A DNA stretch of 64,000 bases from positions 12,323-76,322 of the IMG/VR virus record IMGVR_UViG_3300047678_000276; one strand, written 5' to 3'. Under the pieces are notes generated by a model that saw nothing but the letters and a program-made list of their open reading frames with translations, was not told where the DNA came from and made no database searches. Below are positions 47,346-57,586 of the stretch, piece by piece. Source of the DNA: a virus. Made by a program: the position numbers and the translations under genes. Positions within the stretch are counted from its first letter, which is position 1. The number at the start of each line of letters is the position of its first letter.

Positions 47346-47790
47346 CGTCATCGTCATCAACCATCCAACTAGCTTTTTCCATTCCAAGTTCTTCGAGTGT
47401 GTATTTTCCTTCAGAAAGTAATCTCTCGGCGGTCCTAATTCTACACCAGCGGAATAGTTGGTCAAAGCATGGTCTGTCGAATCCTGCCTCCTTGGCTTGT
47501 TTAATAACATCTTCCATGTCCACATCATTTTCATCAAAAATATATGGTGATCCAAATAGGAAGTCGTGTATTTCAATTTTCCATTTCTTAGCAAATTCAT
47601 TCTCGCCAACTCCGCAACCTCCGCATGGATCTAGGGAGTTATATTCTAGGGTATATTCAGTCCCAAGGCCTTCTGGAAATTCTTCAGACTTTCCTGTGAA
47701 ATCGCAAATGACTCCGCATTGTTCCATTTGTGGTTTTAATTTCTTTCCTGTCTTGGGGTCGAATCTATCGACCATTTTATATAATCTCAT
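47338..47790 (-). CDS. Hypothetical protein (Cys motifs)
   Basis: Operon with 47787-48643. Confidence 0.65.
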   Translation of the reverse strand: MRLYKMVDRFDPKTGKKLKPQMEQCGVICDFTGKSEEFPEGLGTEYTLEYNSLDPCGGCGVGENEFAKKWKIEIHDFLFGSPYIFDENDVDMEDVIKQAKEAGFDRPCFDQLFRWCRIRTAERLLSEGKYTLEELGMEKASWMVDDDDDE

Positions 47791-47999
47791 ATTTTATTTG
47801 GCTTTGGTATGTTCATCATTTTGTTTTCTGGGATGGGCATGGCCTGTGGATGTATTCTTCTATCAACTATATTTCCATTTGGAAGAATGCCTGCATAACC
47901 TTCTCTGTTTGCTTTCATGATGTCGGCTAGATCTGTTCGGCCCATTTGGCGAAGTTGGTCTTCTCTTTCTGAGGAGTTATTAAAAAATTCGTCTTTCAT
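47787..47999 (-). CDS. Hypothetical protein (GYAG.LPNG.IVDRR)
   Basis: Translationally coupled. Confidence 0.6.
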   Translation of the reverse strand: MKDEFFNNSSEREDQLRQMGRTDLADIMKANREGYAGILPNGNIVDRRIHPQAMPIPENKMMNIPKPNKI

Positions 48000-48643
48000 T
48001 ATTTGTTTTTATATTCAATGATTGGACAAAATTTGTTTTTTACAGCCATGATGTATTCAAATACAAACCATGTTTTTTTCTCTTTATCGGTTACTTCTTT
48101 AGGAATGTGATACCAATCTTTGGCTTCAGGGTGTTTGGCTATATAATCTGCCTTTCTCTTTTCTTCTTTGATTTCTTTACGGCGTTCTAACATGTTGCCT
48201 ATTAAAATTACAATGCCAATTATAGCGCCTAGAGCTGCGACTAAAAGAACAATAAATACAAATGAGTAATAATAAAGTGATAAGGCATCTATTATTAAAT
48301 CATGCCAATTCTTAGATCCTGGGTTTGTTGGTAGGTGTAAAAACGTAAGTGTTGTGCAACATAGTTTCCACCCGAATGCGCCACCTGCAGCAAGCATGGC
48401 AAATCCAACACCAAGAGCATTACAAAGACCTGTTTTATATTGGTGACTGGGGTCACGCTCGTCTTTTCCATATAATTCTCTTATATTCCAAAGATGGCCC
48501 CAAAGGGATATTGGGAATAAAATAATTGAGGATAGGAATACCCAAAAGAACGAGCAAAGACTTTTTGGCAAGCTATCTGAGTCTTTTATGGCATAGGTTG
48601 ATCTGATTAATTGTACTTTCCAATTTCTGATATTTAATTGCAT
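47999..48643 (-). CDS. Membrane protein
   Basis: Three hydrophobic segments; host-type promoter upstream. Confidence 0.7.
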   Translation of the reverse strand: MQLNIRNWKVQLIRSTYAIKDSDSLPKSLCSFFWVFLSSIILFPISLWGHLWNIRELYGKDERDPSHQYKTGLCNALGVGFAMLAAGGAFGWKLCCTTLTFLHLPTNPGSKNWHDLIIDALSLYYYSFVFIVLLVAALGAIIGIVILIGNMLERRKEIKEEKRKADYIAKHPEAKDWYHIPKEVTDKEKKTWFVFEYIMAVKNKFCPIIEYKNK

Positions 48644-48748
48644 AATTTTTTAATTTAATTTAGGTCAAATATAATAAAAACAAAGGAGATGACAAAATTT
48701 TGCATGAAGGGTTTTTTGGACTATTTATTGGAAACCTTTTCTGTCATA

Positions 48749-49936
48749 ATGTCAATTAGAAAACTAATAAGAGAAACCTTAGAGAACCATCTTAATGAGA
48801 TTGATTGGAATAGGGCATTTTCTGACGTTAAAGGCACTTGTTTAAGTCCTGTGGCGGTTGTTAAGTGGTTAAATGATGAGCTCGCTAGAATCGATTATAA
48901 TAAGGAAAATCCCCAAGGAGATAGAATTAAGAGAGGCAAGAAGGATATTATTGTAACAAGAGGGACAATTGAGGATGTAATGGATGAGAAGGGGACAATT
49001 AATATTGACCAATTCATTAAGAACATAACTGCAGAACCTGATTCTATTTTTGAACATAACCCTAAAATGGAGAAGAGTGATGTGGGTAGGCCACAAGTTA
49101 CAATGAATACAGGGCTTCCTGCAATTGTTGGTATTGTATATGATCTAGAAAATAAGAAATTTTATTCTGTATCAACATGTCCTGGAGCTGGCGCTTGTCA
49201 GCTTGGTTGTTATGCGAGAAAGGCGTTTTATGGGATGGACAATTCAAAGACCATGAAACTTACAAGGAGATTAAATTTATTATTTAACAATCCTGAGGGG
49301 TATAAGGCTAGAATTTTAAGTGAGATTGAGCCAATGGCCAAAAATCTAAAAGTAAGTTCAATTGGAATGCCTCAACAAATGCAATTGGTATTAAGATGGA
49401 ATGATGCTGGAGATTTCTTTGGAGATGCGTATTTTAATATCGCTGTGGAAGTTACAAAGGAGTTGATTGATAAGGGGTATAATGTGAAGTCTTATGCTTA
49501 TACGAAGAATAGCAAGTATTTAATTGCGATGGATAAGAATAAGAATTTCGTTGTAACATTTTCTAGTGATGCTAAACCTGGAGAATTAAAAAAAGCTCAG
49601 GATTATGATGTTAAGGGTAAAATGAAGATGGCTGAGAACGTTCCAAAAGATTTATTTTCAGATATCTTTATTAAAGAACATTCTAGCTATAAAAAAGGAT
49701 ATAATGGACTTCCATTATTTTCAAACGAGCAAGCTCCTGAAATATTGAAGAAGAGAATTTATGAAGCTTATAAAGACAAATATAAGTTTAGTAAGAACAG
49801 TTTAAAATATACATTTGAAATGCCTCCGCAAGAAGGTGGAAAAAATGAATATAATTTAATTGTATTGCCGACTGGAGATAGTGATATAGGGGCTCAAAGA
49901 AAAGACGTTCAGATATCATTCTTATTACAACATTAA
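48749..49936 (+). CDS. Tagged Gp88-like protein
   Basis: Start MSIRKLIRETLE after TATTTAT; TCPGAGAC..GCYA, RWNDAGDF, YAYTK. Confidence 0.75.
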   Translation: MSIRKLIRETLENHLNEIDWNRAFSDVKGTCLSPVAVVKWLNDELARIDYNKENPQGDRIKRGKKDIIVTRGTIEDVMDEKGTINIDQFIKNITAEPDSIFEHNPKMEKSDVGRPQVTMNTGLPAIVGIVYDLENKKFYSVSTCPGAGACQLGCYARKAFYGMDNSKTMKLTRRLNLLFNNPEGYKARILSEIEPMAKNLKVSSIGMPQQMQLVLRWNDAGDFFGDAYFNIAVEVTKELIDKGYNVKSYAYTKNSKYLIAMDKNKNFVVTFSSDAKPGELKKAQDYDVKGKMKMAENVPKDLFSDIFIKEHSSYKKGYNGLPLFSNEQAPEILKKRIYEAYKDKYKFSKNSLKYTFEMPPQEGGKNEYNLIVLPTGDSDIGAQRKDVQISFLLQH

Positions 49937-49946
49937 AAATAAAAAT

Positions 49947-50855
49947 ATGAAAAACAAAAAAACGCTTAACGAAGAAATGAATAGAATGAAAAAACTTTCT
50001 GGACTTCTTAAAGAATCAGAAGGAGATTTTATGGAAGAAAAATCTATTCAAGAGTTTCACAATACAACTTCAAACATTGAGATCAATGGAAAAAAAGTTG
50101 ATGTTGGTTCTATTAAAATTGACGGTATTGACAGAGGAGATTATCCTGATTTTTCTGATGCATATGTAACGAGTGCTCAATTTGAAGATGGTTCTGAGTT
50201 AGATGAAGATGAATTAATGGAATTAGACTCTAGTCATGGAGATAAAATTCATGAATTGATTTTTGACAGACAACTTTATCTTGAAGAGAGTGAGAAAAAC
50301 GAATGTATGAATGAAGGCGTTGATGGTGGTGTTCTTACTTATGATGGTCTACCAAATAAAGTTAAAGAATATTTTCAAAGAAACATTACTATAAGCGTGG
50401 CCTTTGTAAAGAAAGATGGATCTGTTAGACATATGGCATTTAGAAGAAGTTTAAAAGCATATGAAAAAAGCGATAAGGAAAAAACTGACGCTCAGATGAA
50501 TGTTCTTAAAAACAATAATTTAATGAATGTTTATGACACAAACGTATACATCAAAACCAAAAAAGAAACTGGAGACCCCGCATTGGCAGCAAAGAGTAGT
50601 TTTAGAAACTTCAAACTAGAGAATGTTTTGGCGTTTCTTTGTGGTGGAGAGGTTTTTGACATGAGAGAAAACAACAAGATCAAAGAGAGATTTGGAGAAG
50701 TGGTTTATGATTCATTAACAAGAAATATGGTTTCGGCCCTAGAAAAGGATGAGGCTGAGGGTGAGATGGGAATGAAGACAGATGAGACTATGAATGAATC
50801 TATGATTAGGAGAGTTGTAAGGGGTATTATGTTAGATTTTATACCTAAAAAATAA
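49947..50855 (+). CDS. Tagged protein with WYL_2/Sm-like SH3 domain
   Basis: LNEEMNRMKKLSGLLKE; F.KKDGSVR.M..VYD..FRNF. Confidence 0.65.
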   Translation: MKNKKTLNEEMNRMKKLSGLLKESEGDFMEEKSIQEFHNTTSNIEINGKKVDVGSIKIDGIDRGDYPDFSDAYVTSAQFEDGSELDEDELMELDSSHGDKIHELIFDRQLYLEESEKNECMNEGVDGGVLTYDGLPNKVKEYFQRNITISVAFVKKDGSVRHMAFRRSLKAYEKSDKEKTDAQMNVLKNNNLMNVYDTNVYIKTKKETGDPALAAKSSFRNFKLENVLAFLCGGEVFDMRENNKIKERFGEVVYDSLTRNMVSALEKDEAEGEMGMKTDETMNESMIRRVVRGIMLDFIPKK

Positions 50856-50917
50856 ACGGCTTTTGGTCTAAAATTACTTTTTTTGATATATTTATAAACA
50901 AACAAATCTATTATACT

Positions 50918-51502
50918 ATGAAAAAACAAATTATATCTGAGTCTAAACTTAGAGAAATAATCAAAGAAGAAGCTCTTAGAATGAAAAAGAGAATCACTCT
51001 TGAGAACGAAAAGAAGACTCTTTTAAAGAAGCTTAATGAAATGTATATGGAAGATAGCGCTTCTGACGACAACACTGACGATGGTGAGTGTGACGGTTCA
51101 ATGGCAGGTGCAATGGGAGAAGGACAAGTAGAAGAAGGCGTTTTTAGTAAGCCTGATTATGCTGCTGACGCTGATCAAAAACTTGCGCTTCCAGCGTATA
51201 AAAAAGCTGCACAAGGACTTATATCTGCTCTTGTTAGAAAAGGCGCAGAAGCTGTTGGTGATTGGGCTAAACACTTCTTTGAAGGTAAAGACATAACTGA
51301 TCAAGCTCAAGCTAATGAAGTATTCAGAAACATGCTTGGAACTTATAAAAACCTTTGGAAATCAGCTTATATTGCAAACGAAGGAAACATGGCAAATATG
51401 TCATTTAATCCTTTAACTGGAGCATTTGAAAAAGGTGCTGGTCCTAGCTCAGGAACTTGGTTTACAGGTTTAACTGGAGAAGGAAAAGAAGTTAAAAAAT
51501 AA
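50918..51502 (+). CDS. Tagged hypothetical protein
   Basis: ISESKLREIIKEE; TATTTAT upstream; hairpin terminator 51520-51545. Confidence 0.7.
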   Translation: MKKQIISESKLREIIKEEALRMKKRITLENEKKTLLKKLNEMYMEDSASDDNTDDGECDGSMAGAMGEGQVEEGVFSKPDYAADADQKLALPAYKKAAQGLISALVRKGAEAVGDWAKHFFEGKDITDQAQANEVFRNMLGTYKNLWKSAYIANEGNMANMSFNPLTGAFEKGAGPSSGTWFTGLTGEGKEVKK

Positions 51503-51548
51503 TATTAAAACATATAAAAAAAGCCCTCAACTTGAGGGCTTTTTTGTT

Positions 51549-51962
51549 TTAAATCGTTTTGTTTATTCTGTCTAGATCATCTTGACTTAGGAACAGAAAA
51601 CTAATGAATGAGTGTTTCGTTTCAGCTGAAACTTTTCTGTCTTCATATAGCTTATATATGATAAAAGACATGGCAAAAATAGGTATACAAATTAAGGATT
51701 TTGAAAACAATAATGCAAATCCAAGAATTTCAACAAACATAAACAATCCAAGAAATAACCATTGTGTGAACACATTCACATTATAGTCCGTTCTTAATTC
51801 CAATAAATTTTCTTGCCTCTTAGCTTCATACTGACTCTCTGTCATTGTGAACACATCCATGTCAATACTATCTTCTTCTGTTTCTTTGTGAGGCGTTGGC
51901 TTTCCGAATAATGATTTGCAAGCTTCGATGATTCCTGATATAAACAATTTTACTGCTTTCAT
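51549..51962 (-). CDS. Two-TM membrane protein
   Basis: Class-2 promoter upstream. Confidence 0.65.
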   Translation of the reverse strand: MKAVKLFISGIIEACKSLFGKPTPHKETEEDSIDMDVFTMTESQYEAKRQENLLELRTDYNVNVFTQWLFLGLFMFVEILGFALLFSKSLICIPIFAMSFIIYKLYEDRKVSAETKHSFISFLFLSQDDLDRINKTI

Positions 51963-52100
51963 ATGTTTGTTTTTATTATTATACGATTAAGGCTTGTAAA
52001 AGTTACAACTTTCTTATAAATATGTTGATTTTTGGTTTGCCATTGCCTATATTTATTATAGTTCTTTGCGATTCCTTAAAAAAAAGAAAGGAAAAAAATT

Positions 52101-52448
52101 ATGGAAACAGTTATTATAGTATCAGTTTTATCGACACTGTGTGCAGTTGCATTGGTAGGATCCATTGTGGTTTTGTATAGAAAGTCGAAAAGTAAGGTTG
52201 ATGTTGGTGAACTAAATGAATATCGAAGAGAGGTGGATGAAAGGTTAAAAAACATTTCAGACAGAATCGACGAAGATGTTCGAAATATCTACAATCATGT
52301 AGATGAAAGAGAAAGAGAGCTTCGAAGTGAAAACGACGGAATAAGAAGTTCAATTGATTCGAGGTGTGATAAACTACATTCTCTTATTACAAATACTTCG
52401 GCTCATGATCAAGTATCTACAAAGCATAAACAAATTTTAAAATCGTAA
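52101..52448 (+). CDS. TM-anchored coiled-coil protein
   Basis: N-terminal TM; terminator 52478-52505. Confidence 0.7.
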   Translation: METVIIVSVLSTLCAVALVGSIVVLYRKSKSKVDVGELNEYRREVDERLKNISDRIDEDVRNIYNHVDERERELRSENDGIRSSIDSRCDKLHSLITNTSAHDQVSTKHKQILKS

Positions 52449-52542
52449 ATTAACAAATCAGAATTGCAAAGAATCAGAACCTGTCAGAAATGGCAGGTTT
52501 TTTTATTTATAACTTTTTTGATTGTTTTTCGTATAATATGGT

Positions 52543-52842
52543 ATGTTCATAAACAAGACTATATTAATCCATAAAAACAAAAAAACTTTAGAAGATATTA
52601 TTAGTCAATTGTCTAAATTCTGTGTGTCTATGGAATTTGTCTCAAACACAATATTAATGATTGAATCTTATCTAACAACAGAAGAAGTGGGTGAGGTGTG
52701 TAAAAGCTCAAATATCAAGGTTTTTGATGTAGAGAAAGATGTCTTAAATATAGATGTAATTTTAGATAAAATAAGCAAAACTGGTATTGATTCTTTGAGA
52801 ACTGAAGAATACTATTTTCTTACATTAAATTCGCAAGAATAG
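52543..52842 (+). CDS. Hypothetical protein (ILDKI...G..SL..EE)
   Basis: Class-2-like promoter upstream. Confidence 0.6.
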   Translation: MFINKTILIHKNKKTLEDIISQLSKFCVSMEFVSNTILMIESYLTTEEVGEVCKSSNIKVFDVEKDVLNIDVILDKISKTGIDSLRTEEYYFLTLNSQE

Positions 52843-53491
52843 CGTCTTTAGTTTCTTCGTAGATTTCAACTCCTTCTATTTTATTATCGAGAACATCCCA
52901 TACACTAACGATTTCTGAAGGTTTATTTTTCTTATAAAAAGTTTCATTAGCAGGATCTAAAACCCATTTTGTTCCTAGCATATTTATAATAATACCTTTT
53001 TCGGCCTCTGGCTTTGCAGTTGGTGCAAGCATGCTTCTAATATCTTTTGCGGTAATTGTCATATCACCACCTTTTTTATTATAAACATAATCTCTTACCT
53101 GATCAACAACTAAATGTATTTGAGTATTCTTAGGTACGTATGATGCATCTCCAAAAACAATTGTTTCTAATTCATCAAACCTAGCAACGGCCCATATAAA
53201 TTTACCTTCTGAGTGTTCTATTTTACCTTCTGGGGTAACTCTGTGGTAAACATATTTATTAGGACTTTTCATTACTAAAAATCCTACATTTGCGTTTGAT
53301 TTTAGATTTAACTTTCTTAAAAATTCTATGTTTTTATAGACTGCATCTTTAATAGGTTGTTTTTCATCTTTAAAAGTTGTGTCATCACTATCTAGTCTGT
53401 CGTAAACCCTGTCTCCAAAATGGTCTTTTTCATCCATTTCTTTAAACAGTCTTTCCAGGGCTTCTCTTATTATTTTTCTGATTGGATTCAT
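52820..53491 (-). CDS. Tagged hypothetical protein
   Basis: MNPIRKIIREALE; TATTTAT upstream. Confidence 0.7.
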   Translation of the reverse strand: MNPIRKIIREALERLFKEMDEKDHFGDRVYDRLDSDDTTFKDEKQPIKDAVYKNIEFLRKLNLKSNANVGFLVMKSPNKYVYHRVTPEGKIEHSEGKFIWAVARFDELETIVFGDASYVPKNTQIHLVVDQVRDYVYNKKGGDMTITAKDIRSMLAPTAKPEAEKGIIINMLGTKWVLDPANETFYKKNKPSEIVSVWDVLDNKIEGVEIYEETKDAILANLM

Positions 53492-53546
53492 TTCTGTATA
53501 TAAATAGATAAAAAAGAGAATTTATCAATATTTATATATAAATTAA

Positions 53547-54641
53547 ATGGACAATAAGTTAAGAAAGATAATTAGAGAAATGATCATGGCGGAAGCTTAT
53601 GAGCATACTGATGATGAAATTGTTACATTTGAGAATATTGACCTAGAGCATGAGTTTAATAAAATGAATAAACTTGTGTTTAACAATGAACTAACAATGG
53701 TTCCTCTTGATTGGAGTACAAGTAAAGCCAGACATGGTCATGTAAGTTTTCGTAGATGGTTTGATGGTACAGTTGAAAGGATACATGGGTTATTTTTATC
53801 CAAATTTTTTAAAATACCTTATTCAAAATTTAAAGATACATTGGCTCATGAAATGATCCATGTAAAGACTTTACAGGATGACATGAAATTAAAAAGAAGA
53901 ACCGAGAAGGGTCATGGATATAATTTCATAAGAGAGATGAATAGAATAAACGCTATGAATCTAGGATTTACAATTGATGTTACGGAAACTGCAAAATTTG
54001 ATGTGGCTGATGATGTTAAAGGTAAAAATGTGTATTTTGTGATTATAAAACTAAGTGGAATTAAGAATGGTGATTTTCTTGCTGTTATGACTCCTAGCGC
54101 TTTTGGAGAAAGAAAAGAATCGTTAGAGAGAATTTTCAATAACTTAATAAAATCAGGAAAATATAGAAGTGTAACGCTTGAATATTATCAATCAAATAGC
54201 CCTAAATTATTGGCCCATAAAGTTCAAAGAAGTTTTGCAAGATCAATATCTTATGCTCCTATTAAACCAGAAGAAATTCCAGGATTTAAGAGTCTTGGTA
54301 CTTTTGTTGAAAAGATTGAATTGGGTGAAGACACAGCTAGCGCTCAGTCAAATAAGGAAAAAGAAAAAAGAGAATTAAGCGGTTTTTATTCACAACCAAC
54401 TGCAAAAAATACTTTAACTCAAGTTGATCCTCCTAAAAAAACTGAAGTACCAAAAGAATTGGCCCCAACTTCAGAAAAAACAAAAGAGTTGAATAAAAAG
54501 ATATTGGCTATGTTCAAGGCATCGAATGATAAATGGCAAAAAGAAGCTTTATTCAACATTCTTAAATCTTATAATGACAAGACAAGAGAGGGTTTAATTG
54601 ACGCTTACAATCAAAGATTTGGCAAATTAGGATTTATTTAA
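53547..54641 (+). CDS. Tagged SprT-like zinc metalloprotease
   Basis: N..VF...L; LAHEMIH..HG..F; LRKIIREMIMAE tag. Confidence 0.75.
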   Translation: MDNKLRKIIREMIMAEAYEHTDDEIVTFENIDLEHEFNKMNKLVFNNELTMVPLDWSTSKARHGHVSFRRWFDGTVERIHGLFLSKFFKIPYSKFKDTLAHEMIHVKTLQDDMKLKRRTEKGHGYNFIREMNRINAMNLGFTIDVTETAKFDVADDVKGKNVYFVIIKLSGIKNGDFLAVMTPSAFGERKESLERIFNNLIKSGKYRSVTLEYYQSNSPKLLAHKVQRSFARSISYAPIKPEEIPGFKSLGTFVEKIELGEDTASAQSNKEKEKRELSGFYSQPTAKNTLTQVDPPKKTEVPKELAPTSEKTKELNKKILAMFKASNDKWQKEALFNILKSYNDKTREGLIDAYNQRFGKLGFI

Positions 54642-54665
54642 ACTATTTATAATAAAACACGCAAA

Positions 54666-54896
54666 ATGAGACAAAAAAAGGAATTTCTATCAGAAGGTCT
54701 AAAAAAAATGCAAAGACTAGCTGGTATTATAGTTGAGAGTATTGAAGTAGGAAAAGAACCTATTGCAGAAGGAAAAACTCCTGTTAAAATCGACGATAAT
54801 CAACCTGAAACTAAATTTGAAAAGAGAAGTACTAAATTATTTGAAAGTGTTGAAAGAATGAAGCAACTTGCAGGTCTTTCAAAAAACGAAGAGTAA
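54666..54896 (+). CDS. Small protein with two RM.xLAG tags
   Basis: KMQRLAGI and RMKQLAGL. Confidence 0.65.
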   Translation: MRQKKEFLSEGLKKMQRLAGIIVESIEVGKEPIAEGKTPVKIDDNQPETKFEKRSTKLFESVERMKQLAGLSKNEE

Positions 54897-55619
54897 TTAA
54901 AGTATTTTTATTTCGTTTAAAACTTTTCTAACAAATCTTCTTATTTCATTTAATTGGCTTGCTATCTTCCTTAATTGAGGAAGAGTATTAACATTTTTAA
55001 TAGCATCAAATCCTTCAGATTCTTCTGGTGGTTCATAAGAAGATATTATTTTAGCAAAAACCTCAGGAGTTATTGTTTTTTTAAGTCCTTTTTTCAAGTC
55101 TTCAATTCTCCTTTTTTCTGCTACTTTTTTCAATATATCCATCGTGTCAGGATCTTGAAAATTAAATACGACGGCTACCACTTTAATGTTTTCATTTTGT
55201 GATTTAGCTCTATCTATAAAATCTTTTCTTCCTTCTTTTTTTACGTTTGTCATATCTATTACAAGATCTTTGCCTGACGATATGGCTGAGTTAAATTGGT
55301 TATATAGTTTTTCTTCAGCAACTTTATTTATATCTAAAATATTTGAATAGCTTACTGGGTAAGAAGATTTAAATCTACCTTCGGTTTCAACTGTCTTCCC
55401 GAATTTTTCATATCCTGGAACAACCACTCCTATTGGAGTATCTGTTGGCGGAAAAGTAAATAAATCATCATACGTTAAGCCATATGATAAAGCAACGTCT
55501 TGTACAATATCATCTCTAGATATGATGATTGTTGTAGATGTGTCAAACGCACTTTTGATATACGTTGACTTGCCTATTGATGGTGGTCCTATTAGTAAGT
55601 ATATTGTTTGATCATTCAT
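54897..55619 (-). CDS. P-loop (AAA_33/PNK-like) kinase with C-terminal tag
   Basis: LIGPPSIGKST, ISRDDI, VIDMTN..R; ends LNEIRRFVRKVLNE. Confidence 0.75.
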   Translation of the reverse strand: MNDQTIYLLIGPPSIGKSTYIKSAFDTSTTIIISRDDIVQDVALSYGLTYDDLFTFPPTDTPIGVVVPGYEKFGKTVETEGRFKSSYPVSYSNILDINKVAEEKLYNQFNSAISSGKDLVIDMTNVKKEGRKDFIDRAKSQNENIKVVAVVFNFQDPDTMDILKKVAEKRRIEDLKKGLKKTITPEVFAKIISSYEPPEESEGFDAIKNVNTLPQLRKIASQLNEIRRFVRKVLNEIKIL

Positions 55620-56110
55620 TATGCCATTGCGTAATATGTAAGCTCATACACATCATCAACCATTGTTCCTGTTTGTCCAACGAAAGCACAAGTGACTTTG
55701 TATGGTATTGTTATGGTGGTTCCTTTTTTATTTCTAACTGTTACATTAAAAATATAAATTTTTTTGGTTGGCATAGACTCATAGTCTTTTACTGTTCCAT
55801 GCCCTTCGTATACACTTTTTTCTAAACTTACTTCTGCGCCAATTTCGGTCAATACCTTAGTAAATTTATTTACACCTTGCCAGTTATCATCATGATACCT
55901 GCCTTCAACTTTTTCAATTTGAAGTATCTTATAAAGAGCTTTTTTTATGCCATCTTTTGTTGATAACTTTGTGTTTATAGATTTTTTGTTTTGAGGCAAT
56001 TCGAAAGTTTGATCGTGTGGTGGTTCATCTATATAATGTTCTTCCTTAATTAGACCTGCCAATTTTTTCATTCTATCTAATTCTTCGTTAAGAGGTTTTT
56101 TACTTTCCAT
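55619..56110 (-). CDS. Tagged hypothetical protein
   Basis: LNEELDRMKKLAGLIKE; TATTTAT upstream. Confidence 0.7.
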   Translation of the reverse strand: MESKKPLNEELDRMKKLAGLIKEEHYIDEPPHDQTFELPQNKKSINTKLSTKDGIKKALYKILQIEKVEGRYHDDNWQGVNKFTKVLTEIGAEVSLEKSVYEGHGTVKDYESMPTKKIYIFNVTVRNKKGTTITIPYKVTCAFVGQTGTMVDDVYELTYYAMA

Positions 56111-56160
56111 TATAATTTGTTTATAGATAAATAGTTGTCTTTTTTTGGATATTTATATAC

Positions 56161-56853
56161 ATGAGTTCCAAACTACGCACAAAGATACGAAAAATACTTG
56201 AGGAGAATTATGACTATTACCCTGACTTCTTTGATCCGCTGTCCAATCCTGCTATTCATGGATTTAAGGGTTTTACAGACAGATTAGGCAAGCAACAATT
56301 GGGTGAAGAAATTATAGAAGAGAAAGCTGCAACCTTTATAGATATACCGCCAAGCGTTGGGCTCGTAAAATATAAAACAACACTTGGGGTATCGCTTCAT
56401 TTGTTTGATTTTAAGGCTAAGAAATGTTTTGGTCATATATCTTTGCAAGAATTGTCAAAACGCTCTTATATGGTCACTACAATAGCCACAGAGAAGGGTT
56501 TTGGACCTCTAATGTTAGAAATTGGAATGATGGGTGTTCACCCTGCTGGAATTTGCATAGACCGAGTTGGTCCGACAAAAGCATCTGTATGGAATATATT
56601 TAAAATATTTTTCAACGAAAGATCTGACATTAAAAAGATACCCATAAAAAAAGGCGATGAGGAATATGATAACAGATATGAAGAAGATGAAAGTCGTCAT
56701 TATTTATACAATACCATCTTTTTAAGATCTCCTTCGAGCTGGTATAACAAAATACTAGAAAGAAGTGCGAGACTATCTCAAGATAGCGGAATTGGGCAAA
56801 AAGAAATAGTAGATATTTGTAGGGGTTATTTTACAGATAAATACGGAAATTAA
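56161..56853 (+). CDS. Tagged GNAT-like protein
   Basis: LRTKIRKILEE; IATEKGFGPLMLE; paralog of 44492-45112. Confidence 0.6.
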   Translation: MSSKLRTKIRKILEENYDYYPDFFDPLSNPAIHGFKGFTDRLGKQQLGEEIIEEKAATFIDIPPSVGLVKYKTTLGVSLHLFDFKAKKCFGHISLQELSKRSYMVTTIATEKGFGPLMLEIGMMGVHPAGICIDRVGPTKASVWNIFKIFFNERSDIKKIPIKKGDEEYDNRYEEDESRHYLYNTIFLRSPSSWYNKILERSARLSQDSGIGQKEIVDICRGYFTDKYGN

Positions 56854-56861
56854 AATGCTTT

Positions 56862-57116
56862 TTATTTTTTTCCGAATGCATTATTAAAATCGTCTTTTAA
56901 CGACTTTCCTGTTTTTCCAATTACATCTGACGCTTTGTTTAAGAGTGAATCAAGCTTTCCTGGAATTGCATCTGCTAACTTCTGAGTGTTGGATGCCATG
57001 TCTTTTCTGATCTGACCATCAAGCCATTCTTGTAAGTTGATTTTTTCTTCATAAGACAATACATTTACATGTATCTTTGCTGTCTCAAAATTTTGAGAAG
57101 GTGTTTTGTTTTCCAT
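56862..57116 (-). CDS. Hypothetical protein
   Basis: Operon with 57118-57342. Confidence 0.55.
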   Translation of the reverse strand: MENKTPSQNFETAKIHVNVLSYEEKINLQEWLDGQIRKDMASNTQKLADAIPGKLDSLLNKASDVIGKTGKSLKDDFNNAFGKK

Positions 57117-57117
57117 A

Positions 57118-57342
57118 TTATTCATGTTTTTGTTGTTCTTCTAGGTTAATTATTTCATCATACATCTCTGAAAATTTATGTCTTTCTTGATCTATTCTTT
57201 CTAGATCATTTTTGAACATTTCATAAGTCGCCTTTGCTTGTTCGTATTCTTTCTTTTTATCTTCTACACGACCAAACATTTTATGATATTCATTATCATA
57301 ATATTCAAATTGATGTTTGATATACTCTATTGTGTTTTTCAT
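57118..57342 (-). CDS. Coiled-coil protein
   Basis: Class-2 promoter upstream. Confidence 0.6.
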   Translation of the reverse strand: MKNTIEYIKHQFEYYDNEYHKMFGRVEDKKKEYEQAKATYEMFKNDLERIDQERHKFSEMYDEIINLEEQQKHE

Positions 57343-57382
57343 TTAGGGGTTATTATACGTTTAGACTTAATAAAAGTTACAA

Positions 57383-57586
57383 TCAATATCCAGGCTCTAT
57401 AAATGGTTTTAAATCAGTATCATACACGTAAATATATTTAGCGCAAGACTTTACAACAACGCAAGGATATGACTTAGGCTTGTCTATCATATCCCAGGCT
57501 GATTTAGCATTTTCAATTGTTTTAAATTGCTCTGCGAATATTTCACAATATTGTTCTTCTGACGTGACAAATGTTTTATCTTCCAT
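57383..57586 (-). CDS. Hypothetical protein
   Basis: Coupled to the IMPDH/GMPR gene. Confidence 0.55.
   Translation of the reverse strand: MEDKTFVTSEEQYCEIFAEQFKTIENAKSAWDMIDKPKSYPCVVVKSCAKYIYVYDTDLKPFIEPGY

Noticed and set aside
53495-53540. TATTTATA read as a T4 late promoter (TATAAATA) on the opposite strand
   Set aside because: At non-divergent genes (42931, 50918, 54666, 59812) the invariant part is TATTTAT on the sense strand, so it is treated as its own motif.
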